Assembly (NCBI GenBank): GCA_019233975.1
Contig: JAFALY010000008.1
Coordinates: 7,580 to 71,579, forward strand
Length of the DNA stretch: 64,000 bases
Origin: Alphaproteobacteria bacterium
GTDB taxonomy: Bacteria > Pseudomonadota > Alphaproteobacteria > UBA9219
Direction: 5' to 3'
The notes below the pieces were generated by a model. The model ran no database searches and was not told where the DNA came from. It saw only the letters and a list, made by a program, of their open reading frames with translations. Made by a program: the position numbers and the translations under genes. This document shows, piece by piece, positions 9,121-18,667 of this stretch. Each line of letters begins with the position of its first letter. Position 1 is the first letter of the stretch.

Positions 9121-10620
9121 TTAGTCAACCGGCCGCATGGTCGGGAAGGCGATAACTTCGCGAATGGTCTGGCTGTCGGTCATCAGCATGGCCAGACGGT
9201 CGATACCCATACCCATACCGCCCATTGGGGGCATGCCGAAAGCCATGGCTTTCAGGAAGTCTTCGTCAATCGGGTGCGGCGGATCATCCGGCCCGCGCTT
9301 TTGTTCAGCCTGTTCTTCAAAGCGCGCGCGCTGCTCGCGCGGGTCGTTCAGTTCACTGAACGCATTCGCGATTTCCCAGCCATTGACATAGGTCTCAAAA
9401 CGCTGTGCCACATGCGGGCGGTCCGGCCATGCCTTGGCGAGTGGTGAGATTTCCTTGGGCAGGTCGATGACATGAGTGGGCTGCACCAGATTATGTTCAA
9501 CCTTGTCACCAAACGCAGCTTCGACCACCTGACCCCAGCTGACGCCGGATTCGGTTTGTACGCCGATTTTCAGTGCGGCTGCGCGCGCTGCGGCGGCATC
9601 CGGAATAGCGTAAAGATCAAGGCCCGTGTGTTCCTTGATCAAATCGACCATGCCGCGGCGCGGCCAAGGTGGCGTAAAGTCAATTTCATGTTCGGCGAAC
9701 TTGATCTTTGACGTTCCGTGCAGCGATAACACGACGTGATGCACGATGGCTTCGGTAATCGCGATCATTTCCCTGAAATCGACAAAAGCCTGATAAAGCT
9801 CGATTGACGTAAATTCAGGGTTATGGCGCGGGCTGGTGCCCTCGTTGCGAAAGCAGCGGCCGATTTCATAAACCTTTTCCGAAATACCGCCGATGACCAG
9901 ACGCTTCAGATGCAGTTCTGTTGCCACACGCATATAAAGCGGCATGTCCAGCGCATTGTGGTGTGTCGTAAACGGCTTGGCCGTGGCGCCGCCTGCCAGC
10001 ACATGCAGCATCGGCGTTTCAACTTCCAGAAAACCTTTGTCGTTCAGGAACTGGCGGATCAGCGTGATCATCTTAAACCGGGCGCGCAGTGTGTCGCGCG
10101 TGCGTTGGCTTGCGACCAGATCCTGCTCGCGGTGGCGGAAGCGGAAATCGACATCCTTCAGACCGTGGAATTTCTCGGGCGGTGGCTCCAGCGCTTTGGA
10201 AAGCAGCGACAGTTCAACCGCATCAACAGTGATTTCGCCGCGCGGCGTACGGCGCACAATACCGGTCACGCCGATAATGTCGCCCAGGTCAATCAGGTCC
10301 AGCTTTTCCGCATGTTCGGGCGACAGGGTTTTCAGGTCGTGGAAAATCTGCAACCGGTCGCTGTCATCCAGAATGACGATGAACATACCATTATTGCGGA
10401 TTGCCATTACGCGCCCGGCGACCGATATGTGATCGGTTGTTTTTTCACCGGGGGCCAGTGCTTCGTATTTCGCCTTAACGACGGAGGCTTCGTGGGTCTT
10501 GCCAAAGGTCGTAATGTTAAACGGGCTGCCGAAACGCTCGGTATAGGCGGCCAAACGCCCATTGCGGCGTGAAACTTCGTCAATCGCGGGGGCGGCGGTT
10601 TCTGTCTGCTGCTGGCTCAT
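9121..10620 (-). CDS. lysS: Lysine--tRNA ligase, class II
   Basis: OB fold VAGRVMAIR; motif 1 FLEVETPML; motif 2 FRNEG..RHNPEFT; motif 3 GMGIDRL. Confidence 0.95.
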   Translation of the reverse strand: MSQQQTETAAPAIDEVSRRNGRLAAYTERFGSPFNITTFGKTHEASVVKAKYEALAPGEKTTDHISVAGRVMAIRNNGMFIVILDDSDRLQIFHDLKTLSPEHAEKLDLIDLGDIIGVTGIVRRTPRGEITVDAVELSLLSKALEPPPEKFHGLKDVDFRFRHREQDLVASQRTRDTLRARFKMITLIRQFLNDKGFLEVETPMLHVLAGGATAKPFTTHHNALDMPLYMRVATELHLKRLVIGGISEKVYEIGRCFRNEGTSPRHNPEFTSIELYQAFVDFREMIAITEAIVHHVVLSLHGTSKIKFAEHEIDFTPPWPRRGMVDLIKEHTGLDLYAIPDAAAARAAALKIGVQTESGVSWGQVVEAAFGDKVEHNLVQPTHVIDLPKEISPLAKAWPDRPHVAQRFETYVNGWEIANAFSELNDPREQRARFEEQAEQKRGPDDPPHPIDEDFLKAMAFGMPPMGGMGMGIDRLAMLMTDSQTIREVIAFPTMRPVD

Positions 10621-10656
10621 GCTTTTACTTTCTATGCCTTACTGAATGACCTGACC

Positions 10657-11379
10657 CTAACGCCGACGCGGGTTGCGCTCGAACAAAAGAGCATATGTGC
10701 TGCGTGGATATTCCACACCATGCATAACGGATGGCCGGTCATTATGCAATTCACGAAAAACCGTTAATTCAGGGCCGAAAAACTCGGCAACCCGCTGTTT
10801 GGAATAAAGGACGGATTCAATGCCGACGGCGGGGTCTACCACGACATATTCGCCGTCTGCCTCGCACGGGTTAGGCACGGTGATATAGCGCCCGTAATAA
10901 CCGTCGCCAATGCTGGCGAATGAAATCATATAATGCCCGCGCGGTCCCAGAACGCGCAGCAGGTTTTCCTTATAAGTAACGCGGCTGCCATGCGGCGCGA
11001 TATGTTTAAAGCAGAACGCATCTACGGCCAGATCGATGCTGTTGGCCTGTACGGGCCAATTTTCAGTGACATCATGCACCAGCGCGCGCACCGGGTGGGG
11101 CGGCGGGTCTTTGTCAACCATCCTTTGCAAATGCTGTACCGCGTCGGGGGTGAAGTCCATGGCGGTGACATCCATGCCTTCCTGCGACAGATAAAGGCTG
11201 TTACGCCCCTTGCCACAGCCGATATCGATACTCTTATGTAGGGGCAGGCCATAGCGTTTCAGTTCCTGCACCGCCCAGACAACCGAACCCGATGGGCTTT
11301 GCCGTACGGATGACGGGATGCCGCCTTTGGCATATTCATTTTTCCATTTCTGTTTCAGATCATTCATGCAGCGCATCAA
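10657..11379 (-). CDS. Class I SAM-dependent methyltransferase (TehB-like)
   Basis: IDIGCGKGRNSLYL and VTAMDFT motifs. The real start may be 11367. Confidence 0.8.
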   Translation of the reverse strand: MMRCMNDLKQKWKNEYAKGGIPSSVRQSPSGSVVWAVQELKRYGLPLHKSIDIGCGKGRNSLYLSQEGMDVTAMDFTPDAVQHLQRMVDKDPPPHPVRALVHDVTENWPVQANSIDLAVDAFCFKHIAPHGSRVTYKENLLRVLGPRGHYMISFASIGDGYYGRYITVPNPCEADGEYVVVDPAVGIESVLYSKQRVAEFFGPELTVFRELHNDRPSVMHGVEYPRSTYALLFERNPRRR

Positions 11380-11515
11380 ATCTTTATGAGGGCGTTTTTA
11401 CCTTTTGTTCACATACGTTAATTCATAATTGATCGTACGAACAGAGGCAAAGTCGCGTCTGTTTTCAAATGATCGCCTTCCTCCTTCCGCCGCATCTCTT
11501 GTTACGGAGAAGCCT

Positions 11516-12649
11516 ATGAAATCAGTCGTTATCGCCGGTTACGCGCGTTCCCCTTTCTGCTTTGGCATGAAAGGCGAGCTGGCCAAGGTGCGGCCCGATG
11601 ATCTGGCCGCGACCGTGGTGAAGGGGTTGATTGACCGCACCAAGGTTGACCCGGCGCAGATTGAAGATCTGCTGTTGGGTTGCGCTTTTCCCGAAGGCGA
11701 ACAGGGTATGAATTTGGCCCGCATCATTGTTTTGCTGGCCGGATTGCCGCAGTCGATCGCGGGCGCCACCATCAACCGTTTCTGCGGTTCTTCGATGCAG
11801 TCCATTCATGTTGCGGCAGGCGCCATTCAAATGGATGCCGGCGATGCATTTTTGTGCGCGGGCGTCGAGTCGATGACGCGCGTGCCCATGACGGGGTTCA
11901 ACCCCATGCCGCATCCGACTCTGGCCGCAAACAGCGCCGCTTATATGTCCATGGGCGTAACGGCTGAAAATGTCGCGCGCAAATACGGCATTTCCCGCAA
12001 GGATCAGGAAAACTTTGCCATTCAGTCGCAGCTAAAGGCCGCGCAGGCCGAAGCTGCCGGACGTCTGGCGGATGAAATCGTGCCCGTCACCGCGCCGCAG
12101 GGTGTCGTGACCAAGGACGGCTGTATTCGCGGCAATACAACGGCTGAAAAACTGGCTGAACTTAAGCCCGCCTTTGAAGAAAAAGGGTCGGTAACGGCGG
12201 GCACGGCTTCGCCTTTGACAGATGGTGCTGCGGCCACATTGGTGACGAGCGAAGAGTTTGCGCGCGCCCATAACCTGCCCATTCTTGCCCGCGTTAAATC
12301 CATTGCCGTGGCGGGCTGCGCGCCGGAAATCATGGGCATCGGCCCCGTTGCCGCGACGCGCAAGGCGTTGCAACGCGCGGGCCTGACCATCAAGGATATT
12401 GATGTCGTCGAACTGAACGAAGCCTTCGCCAGCCAGTCGCTCGCCTGCATTCGGGATCTGGAAATCGACCCGGCGCGCGTGAACCTGGACGGCGGCGCCA
12501 TTGCGCTCGGCCATCCGCTCGGCGCCACCGGGGCGCGCATTACCGGCAAGGCAGCGTCTATCCTGAAACGTGAAGGCAAGAAATTCGCGCTCGCTACACA
12601 ATGCATCGGCGGCGGGCAGGGCATCGCGACCATTCTTGAAGCTGTTTAA
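11516..12649 (+). CDS. fadA: Acetyl-CoA C-acyltransferase (thiolase)
   Basis: NRFCGSS, NEAFA, GGAIALGHPLGATG and CIGGGQG motifs; GGAG RBS. Confidence 0.92.
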   Translation: MKSVVIAGYARSPFCFGMKGELAKVRPDDLAATVVKGLIDRTKVDPAQIEDLLLGCAFPEGEQGMNLARIIVLLAGLPQSIAGATINRFCGSSMQSIHVAAGAIQMDAGDAFLCAGVESMTRVPMTGFNPMPHPTLAANSAAYMSMGVTAENVARKYGISRKDQENFAIQSQLKAAQAEAAGRLADEIVPVTAPQGVVTKDGCIRGNTTAEKLAELKPAFEEKGSVTAGTASPLTDGAAATLVTSEEFARAHNLPILARVKSIAVAGCAPEIMGIGPVAATRKALQRAGLTIKDIDVVELNEAFASQSLACIRDLEIDPARVNLDGGAIALGHPLGATGARITGKAASILKREGKKFALATQCIGGGQGIATILEAV

Positions 12650-12664
12650 CGAAGGAACACAGCC

Positions 12665-14995
12665 ATGATCAAAAAAGTTGCTGTTATCGGCTCTGGCGTG
12701 ATGGGCAGCCAGATCGCCGCGCACATAACGAATGCGGGCGTGCCGGTCGTGTTGCTGGATATCGTGTTAAAGGATAACCCGGATAAAAATTTCCTGACGA
12801 AATCAGCCCTGGAAAAATTGCAGAAGGCTGACCCCTCACCCTTTATGTTGCCGCAGAATGCGAAGCTGATCACGCCCGGTAATCTGGAAGATGATCTGGG
12901 TAAACTGGCGGATGTGGATTGGGTCATCGAAGCGGTTCTGGAAAACCCGCAGGTCAAAAGCGACCTTTACAAGAAAATTGATGGCGTGCGTAAACCGGGG
13001 TCTATCGTCTCGTCGAACACATCGACTATACCGCTTGGCGCACTGGTCAGCGGGCAGTCCGAACAATTCGCGCGCGACTTTCTGATCACGCACTTTTTCA
13101 ATCCACCCCGTTATATGCGCCTGCTTGAACTTGTGACCGGCGTCAAAACGCGCCCGGAAGCGGGGGAACTGATCCGCGACTTTTGTGACCGCAATTTGGG
13201 CAAGGGTGTGGTGGATTGCAAAGACACGCCGGGTTTTATTGCCAACCGTCTGGGCGTCTTTTTCCTGCAAACGGCGGTAAACGAAGCCATCGCCATGGAC
13301 CTGACAGTCGAGGAGGTGGACGCGATTTTCAGCAAGCCCGTTGGCATGCCAAAGACGGCTGTGTTCGGCTTGCTGGACCTGATCGGCATCGACCTGATGC
13401 CCCTCATTGCCAAAAGCTTTATGGCCACGTTGCCTGCCGATGATATTTACCGTAAGGCGAATATCGAACACGCGCTGATCACCAAAATGATCGCGGACGG
13501 TTATACGGGGCGCAAGGGTAAGGGCGGTTTCTACCGCATGAACAAGACCGAAACCGGCAAGGTCAAGGAATCCATCAATCTGAAAACCGGCGTTTACGGG
13601 GTGTCGGAGAAAACGCGCCTGCAAACCGTCGAAAATGCAGGCAAGAATTTGCGCGTGTTGTGCGAAGCGAATGACAAGATCGGCCAATATACATGGCGCG
13701 TTCTGTCGGCGGCCCTTGGCTATGCCGCGGCGCTGGTCCCGCAGATTGCCGACACGGTTGTGGGTGTTGATACCGGCATGCATCTGGGTTTTAACTGGAA
13801 ATACGGCCCGTTTGAGTTGATTGACCGTCTGGGCGCCGCATGGTTTGCGGAACGCTTGAAAAAAGAAGGCCGTCCTGTCCCCGTTCTGCTGGAACAAGCC
13901 GCCGCAAAAGGTGGCTTCTATCGCGTTGAAAACGGGCGTCTCGATTTTCTGGCGACCGATGGCGCGTATCGTACCGTGCCGCGTTCGGCGGGCGTGCTGC
14001 TGCTGGAAGATGTAAAGCGCGCGACAAAGCCGATCACCAAAAATGGTTCGGCCAGCCTGTGGGATATCGGCGATGGCGTAGCCTGCCTGGAATTCCACAC
14101 GAAGATGAACACCATCGACCCCGATACGCTGGCGATGGTCAAAAAGTCGGTGGATGTCGTGGCGGCCAGCGCCGGCAAATACAAAGGCCTGGTTGTCTAT
14201 AACGAAGCGGATAATTTCTCAGCCGGGGCCAATCTGGGGCTGGCGCTGTTTGCGCTGAATATCGCCATGTATGGCGCGATTGATGACCTGATTAAAAAAG
14301 GTCAGGAAGCCTATCAGGCGTTGCGTTTTGCGCCGTTCCCGACAGTTGCCGCGCCGTTCGGTTTGGCACTGGGCGGCGGGTGTGAGATTACGCTGCACAC
14401 TTCTGCGGTACAGGCTTATGCCGAGACCTATATTGGGCTGGTCGAAGTTGGTGTGGGCGTCATCCCCGGTTGGGGTGGCTGCGCGCAGATGCTGGGGCGC
14501 GCTTTTGCCAATAAAAAACGTTTTGGCGGACCCATTCCGCCCGTCAGCAAAGTGTTCGAAGTTGTCGGTATGGCGCGGGTCGCAAAGTCGGCGTTCGATG
14601 CGCAGGAAGTCGGCTATCTGCGCCCGACGGACGGTATCACCATGAACCGCGACCGGTTGTTGTATGACGCCAAGCAACGCGTACTGGAACTTGCCAAGGA
14701 TTATAAACCGCCCGAGCCATGGACCTATAACCTGCCGGGGCCGACGGGGCGTGCCGCGCTTAATCTGGCGTTGGAAGGCTTCCGTCTTTTGGGCAAGGCG
14801 ACGCCGCATGATGTGACGGTTTCCAAATCTCTCGCCTCCGTTCTGTGTGGTGGTGATCATGACCTGACCACGCCCGTGACCGAACAGGAAGTACTGGCGA
14901 TGGAACACCGCGAATTTCTGGCGTTGGTCCGCACGCCGGAGACGGTCGCGCGCATCGACTATATGCTGAAGAACGGAAAGCCGCTCAGGAACTAA
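12665..14995 (+). CDS. 3-hydroxyacyl-CoA dehydrogenase / enoyl-CoA hydratase (FadN type)
   Basis: GSGVMG, SSNTSTIP and HFFNPPRY; C-terminal FSAGANL and ALGGGCE. Confidence 0.92.
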   Translation: MIKKVAVIGSGVMGSQIAAHITNAGVPVVLLDIVLKDNPDKNFLTKSALEKLQKADPSPFMLPQNAKLITPGNLEDDLGKLADVDWVIEAVLENPQVKSDLYKKIDGVRKPGSIVSSNTSTIPLGALVSGQSEQFARDFLITHFFNPPRYMRLLELVTGVKTRPEAGELIRDFCDRNLGKGVVDCKDTPGFIANRLGVFFLQTAVNEAIAMDLTVEEVDAIFSKPVGMPKTAVFGLLDLIGIDLMPLIAKSFMATLPADDIYRKANIEHALITKMIADGYTGRKGKGGFYRMNKTETGKVKESINLKTGVYGVSEKTRLQTVENAGKNLRVLCEANDKIGQYTWRVLSAALGYAAALVPQIADTVVGVDTGMHLGFNWKYGPFELIDRLGAAWFAERLKKEGRPVPVLLEQAAAKGGFYRVENGRLDFLATDGAYRTVPRSAGVLLLEDVKRATKPITKNGSASLWDIGDGVACLEFHTKMNTIDPDTLAMVKKSVDVVAASAGKYKGLVVYNEADNFSAGANLGLALFALNIAMYGAIDDLIKKGQEAYQALRFAPFPTVAAPFGLALGGGCEITLHTSAVQAYAETYIGLVEVGVGVIPGWGGCAQMLGRAFANKKRFGGPIPPVSKVFEVVGMARVAKSAFDAQEVGYLRPTDGITMNRDRLLYDAKQRVLELAKDYKPPEPWTYNLPGPTGRAALNLALEGFRLLGKATPHDVTVSKSLASVLCGGDHDLTTPVTEQEVLAMEHREFLALVRTPETVARIDYMLKNGKPLRN

Positions 14996-15005
14996 GGAGT
15001 CTGCC

Positions 15006-16805
15006 ATGCCCATTTACAAAGCGCCTTTGGAAGATATCAAGTTTGTCCTGAACGAGGTTGTCGGTGCAGCCGATCTGGCTGGTTTGCCGGGCTATGGCGA
15101 AGCGACGCCGGAGCTTGTGGATACCATCTTGGAAGAAGCGGCCAAAATCTGTGAAGAGGTTTTGTTTCCTCTCAATCAATCTGGCGATGCCGAAGGTTGT
15201 ACCTTCGACAATGGTGCCGTCAAAACGCCTTCCGGGTTCAAGGATGCCTATCAGGTGTTCCGCGAAGGCGGATGGACCGGCTTGTCCTGCGACCCGGCCT
15301 ATGGTGGGCAGGGCTTGCCGATGCTGGTGAATTTTGTGGTCAATGAACTGGTGTGTTCGGCCAACATGTCGTTTGGCATGTATCCCGGCCTGTCACATGG
15401 CGCCTATAATGCCGTTGCAAAACATGCCGATGACGCACTGAAAAACATCTATCTGCCGAAACTGGCGGATGGCACATGGACGGGAACCATGTGTCTGACA
15501 GAACCGCACTGTGGCACCGATCTGGGGCTCGTCCGCACGAAGGCGGAGCCGCTCGGCAACGGCGCATTCAAAATAACGGGCACGAAAATCTTTATCTCGG
15601 CGGGGGAACATGACCTGGCCGATAATATCATCCATCTGGTGCTGGCGCGCTTGCCGGATGCGCCGCAGGGCATACGCGGCATCAGCCTGTTTCTGGTGCC
15701 AAAGTTTATCGTCAATCCGGATGGCTCGCTCGGCCAACGCAACGCTGCCGTGTGCGGCAGCATCGAACATAAAATGGGCATCAAGGCTTCGGCCACATGC
15801 ACCATGAATTTCGACGGCGCCGTCGGCTGGCTGGTCGGCAAGCCGAACAAGGGCATGAGCGCGATGTTCACCATGATGAACGAAGCGCGTCTGGCGGTCG
15901 GTATGCAGGGGCTGGGACTGGCCGAAGTTGCCTATCAGAACGCGGTTCAATACGCGCGTGAACGTTTGCAGGGCCGCGCCCTGACGGGTGTGAAGGCGGC
16001 CGATAAACCCGCAGACCCGTTGATTGTGCATCCGGATATTCGCCGCAACCTGCTGACGATGAAGGCGCTGGTCGAAGGGTGCCGTGCGCTGGCGCTCTGG
16101 GTCGGGCATGCGCTGGATATTGAGGCGAGGCATACGGATGAGAAAATGCGGGCCGAGGCCGCTGATTTCGTCGCACTGATGATCCCCATCATCAAGGCCT
16201 TCCTGACCGATACGGGTTTTGATGTCGCTAATCTGGGCGTGCAGATCTATGGCGGTCACGGCTATATCCGCGACCACGGCATGGAACAGTTTGTGCGCGA
16301 TGCGCGCATTACGCAGATTTACGAAGGCACAAACGGCATTCAGGCGTTGGACCTTGTCGGGCGTAAAATGCCCGAAGATTTCGGTCGCCTGATGCGGCAG
16401 TTCTTCCATCCGGTTGCCGATTTTATGGCGGCGGAGAAAGATAATGCCGCGCTGTCTGAAATGCTGATGCCGTTCATGAGCGCATTTGGAAAATTACAAC
16501 TGTCAACCGTTACCGTCGCCACGCGCGGTTTTGGCAATCCGGATGAAGCGGCGGCTGCGGCCACCGATTACCTGCGCCTGTTCGCGCTGGTTGCGGTCGG
16601 GTTTATGTGGTTGAAGATGGCGAAGATCGCCGCCGCGCGTCTGGTGGATGCGGGCGGGGCGGGGGCGAATGCCGCGTTCTATGAAACCAAGCTGAAGACC
16701 GCGCGATATTATTTCACCAAGATCTTGCCGCAGGTGAACGCGCTGAACATTGCCATCCTCGCAGGCGCCAAGCCGGTGATGGATATGCCCGCCGAAGCGT
16801 TTTAA
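15006..16805 (+). CDS. Acyl-CoA dehydrogenase
   Basis: GTMCLTEPHCGTDL, GTKIFIS, EHKMGI and IYEGTNGIQALDL. Confidence 0.93.
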   Translation: MPIYKAPLEDIKFVLNEVVGAADLAGLPGYGEATPELVDTILEEAAKICEEVLFPLNQSGDAEGCTFDNGAVKTPSGFKDAYQVFREGGWTGLSCDPAYGGQGLPMLVNFVVNELVCSANMSFGMYPGLSHGAYNAVAKHADDALKNIYLPKLADGTWTGTMCLTEPHCGTDLGLVRTKAEPLGNGAFKITGTKIFISAGEHDLADNIIHLVLARLPDAPQGIRGISLFLVPKFIVNPDGSLGQRNAAVCGSIEHKMGIKASATCTMNFDGAVGWLVGKPNKGMSAMFTMMNEARLAVGMQGLGLAEVAYQNAVQYARERLQGRALTGVKAADKPADPLIVHPDIRRNLLTMKALVEGCRALALWVGHALDIEARHTDEKMRAEAADFVALMIPIIKAFLTDTGFDVANLGVQIYGGHGYIRDHGMEQFVRDARITQIYEGTNGIQALDLVGRKMPEDFGRLMRQFFHPVADFMAAEKDNAALSEMLMPFMSAFGKLQLSTVTVATRGFGNPDEAAAAATDYLRLFALVAVGFMWLKMAKIAAARLVDAGGAGANAAFYETKLKTARYYFTKILPQVNALNIAILAGAKPVMDMPAEAF

Positions 16806-16807
16806 TC

Positions 16808-17464
16808 CTACTGCGCTTTACCGCTTCTGCCAAAGCTCGGGGGGGTGAAGGCAAAGATGTGCTGGTCAAAGCTGACATCCGTGCGTTCGTTTTCCAGATT
16901 GACGCCGGTTGTATGACCCTGTGGGTCGCGCACGCGCCATTGGCGCAGCAATAACGGCTTGTCCTCGAAGACCAATGTCAATTCACCTGCGGCTGGGTCG
17001 TCGGTCTGTACAAGCGCCATCTCCAGCTTGGCCGGGAAGCGTTTAAAGGATGTGATGGTCACGCCGCCATCCAGTTTGACCGGGTCGCGCAGGACGAATT
17101 CCGCCAGGCTCGACTGCTGGTCCACATTGGTTTGCGACTTCAGGTCATCATTCCAGATATGCACGTTGCTGCCGTCCGCGATGATGAAGTCATGGCTCGG
17201 CGGGTCATAGGTGACACGCATTTTGCCCGGACGCTGGATGGCGATCTGGCCGCGCATCATGCCGCCCTGATCGTCAACCTGCAGAAAATCGGCCGAGATG
17301 TTTTTAAGCTGGTTCAGATACGCCTCAATTCGCGCGATATCGGTTTTGTCCTGCGCGCTGAAATGCGGGGCTTTCGGCGCCGCATCAGTGTCGGCGGCGC
17401 GGGCGGGCAGAACCGTCATCAGGCCCGTTATCACTAAAACAGTCGCAATAATACGCATCATCAT
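16808..17464 (-). CDS. lolA: Outer-membrane lipoprotein carrier LolA
   Basis: Signal peptide; SADFLQ, QRPGKMRVTY, IIADG and LRQWRVRDPQG. Confidence 0.85.
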   Translation of the reverse strand: MMMRIIATVLVITGLMTVLPARAADTDAAPKAPHFSAQDKTDIARIEAYLNQLKNISADFLQVDDQGGMMRGQIAIQRPGKMRVTYDPPSHDFIIADGSNVHIWNDDLKSQTNVDQQSSLAEFVLRDPVKLDGGVTITSFKRFPAKLEMALVQTDDPAAGELTLVFEDKPLLLRQWRVRDPQGHTTGVNLENERTDVSFDQHIFAFTPPSFGRSGKAQ

Positions 17465-17467
17465 CCC

Positions 17468-17923
17468 TTACTCATCGTTTGGTGTATCAAGAATATCCTG
17501 TATCAGGCTGCGCAACTCATCATCAATCGGCACGGGGCGGCGTTTCTTTTTGTCGATCAACACCGACACGCTCTGGCCATAAGCGATGCCGACGCGGTCG
17601 CTGTACAGCACGTTGGTCAGCGTCAACGACGTGGTGCCGATTTTGCGTACGCCCGTACCGATTTTCAGATGCGCGGGCATATGCAATTCATGGCGGTAAT
17701 TCACTTCCACCCGCGCCAGGACGAACAGTTTGTCACCGCGCGGCCACAAGGGGGTCAGGCGCATATAAAACAGGGCGCGCGCATTTTCGAAATATTGGCT
17801 GATGGCGTTGTTGTTAACGTGGCCCAGTGGGTCCAGGTCGCTGAACCGTACCCGGTCTTCAATCCAGTGGTGGTAATGTTTGCGGTCGAACGGGTCGGTT
17901 ATGGTAGTCATGTCTTCGGTCAT
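17468..17923 (-). CDS. Acyl-CoA thioesterase (4HBT/hotdog family)
   Basis: VRFSDLDPLGHVNN motif. Confidence 0.88.
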   Translation of the reverse strand: MTEDMTTITDPFDRKHYHHWIEDRVRFSDLDPLGHVNNNAISQYFENARALFYMRLTPLWPRGDKLFVLARVEVNYRHELHMPAHLKIGTGVRKIGTTSLTLTNVLYSDRVGIAYGQSVSVLIDKKKRRPVPIDDELRSLIQDILDTPNDE

Positions 17924-18001
17924 GGGGCACCTGATGAAGATTGTCTTGGCCTCGTTTATTGCCTATTAAGGCCTAGAAGGCAAATAAGACAAGGATAAGG
18001 C

Positions 18002-18562
18002 ATGGCTAGGCAATTTACCGAAAGCAAGGACGGCTCTAATATTAATAAAACCCATAAACAGGCGCAGTCCACGCGCCCGCCACGGGGTTATTTCGGCGTC
18101 GGGGTTCAGGGGATCAGCAAGGGCTTTAACCTGGGCAATCTGGTGCGCACGTCGCATGCTTTCGGTGCCAGTTTCTTCTTCACAGTCGGCGCGTCCGTCA
18201 GTTATGCGGATGTTAAATCGACCGACACGTCGCACGCCGATATTCATTTGCCGTTTTATGCCTATGATAATCTGGCCGACATGGCGCTGCCCAAAGACTG
18301 TGCGCTGGTCGGTGTTGAATTGCTGGATGAGGCGGTGGATTTGCCCAGTTTCCGCCACCCGTTGCGTGCCGCGTATGTCCTTGGCCCTGAAAAGGGCAAT
18401 CTGTCCCCCGATCTTGTGAAGCGTTGCGACCATATCGTGAAAATTCCTGCCAAATTCTGCGTCAATGTGGGTATTGCCGGGGCGTTGGTGATTTATGACC
18501 GGATGATCAGCCTCGGCTCCTTTGCCGAAAGGCCCGTCAGGGTCGGTCGCCAGAAGGCGTGA
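18002..18562 (+). CDS. SpoU/TrmH-family RNA methyltransferase
   Basis: NLGNLVRTSHAFGA, LGPEKGNL and CVNVGIAG. Confidence 0.88.
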   Translation: MARQFTESKDGSNINKTHKQAQSTRPPRGYFGVGVQGISKGFNLGNLVRTSHAFGASFFFTVGASVSYADVKSTDTSHADIHLPFYAYDNLADMALPKDCALVGVELLDEAVDLPSFRHPLRAAYVLGPEKGNLSPDLVKRCDHIVKIPAKFCVNVGIAGALVIYDRMISLGSFAERPVRVGRQKA

Positions 18563-18667
18563 TAAAGCCTGTCGTAGCCCTAGCAGTCTTGGTTAACTTG
18601 TTATAGTGTTAACAAACGGCAGAAGTGATTCTGTCGGACAGTCTTTCGTTTGCTCTATCGGCTTTGC

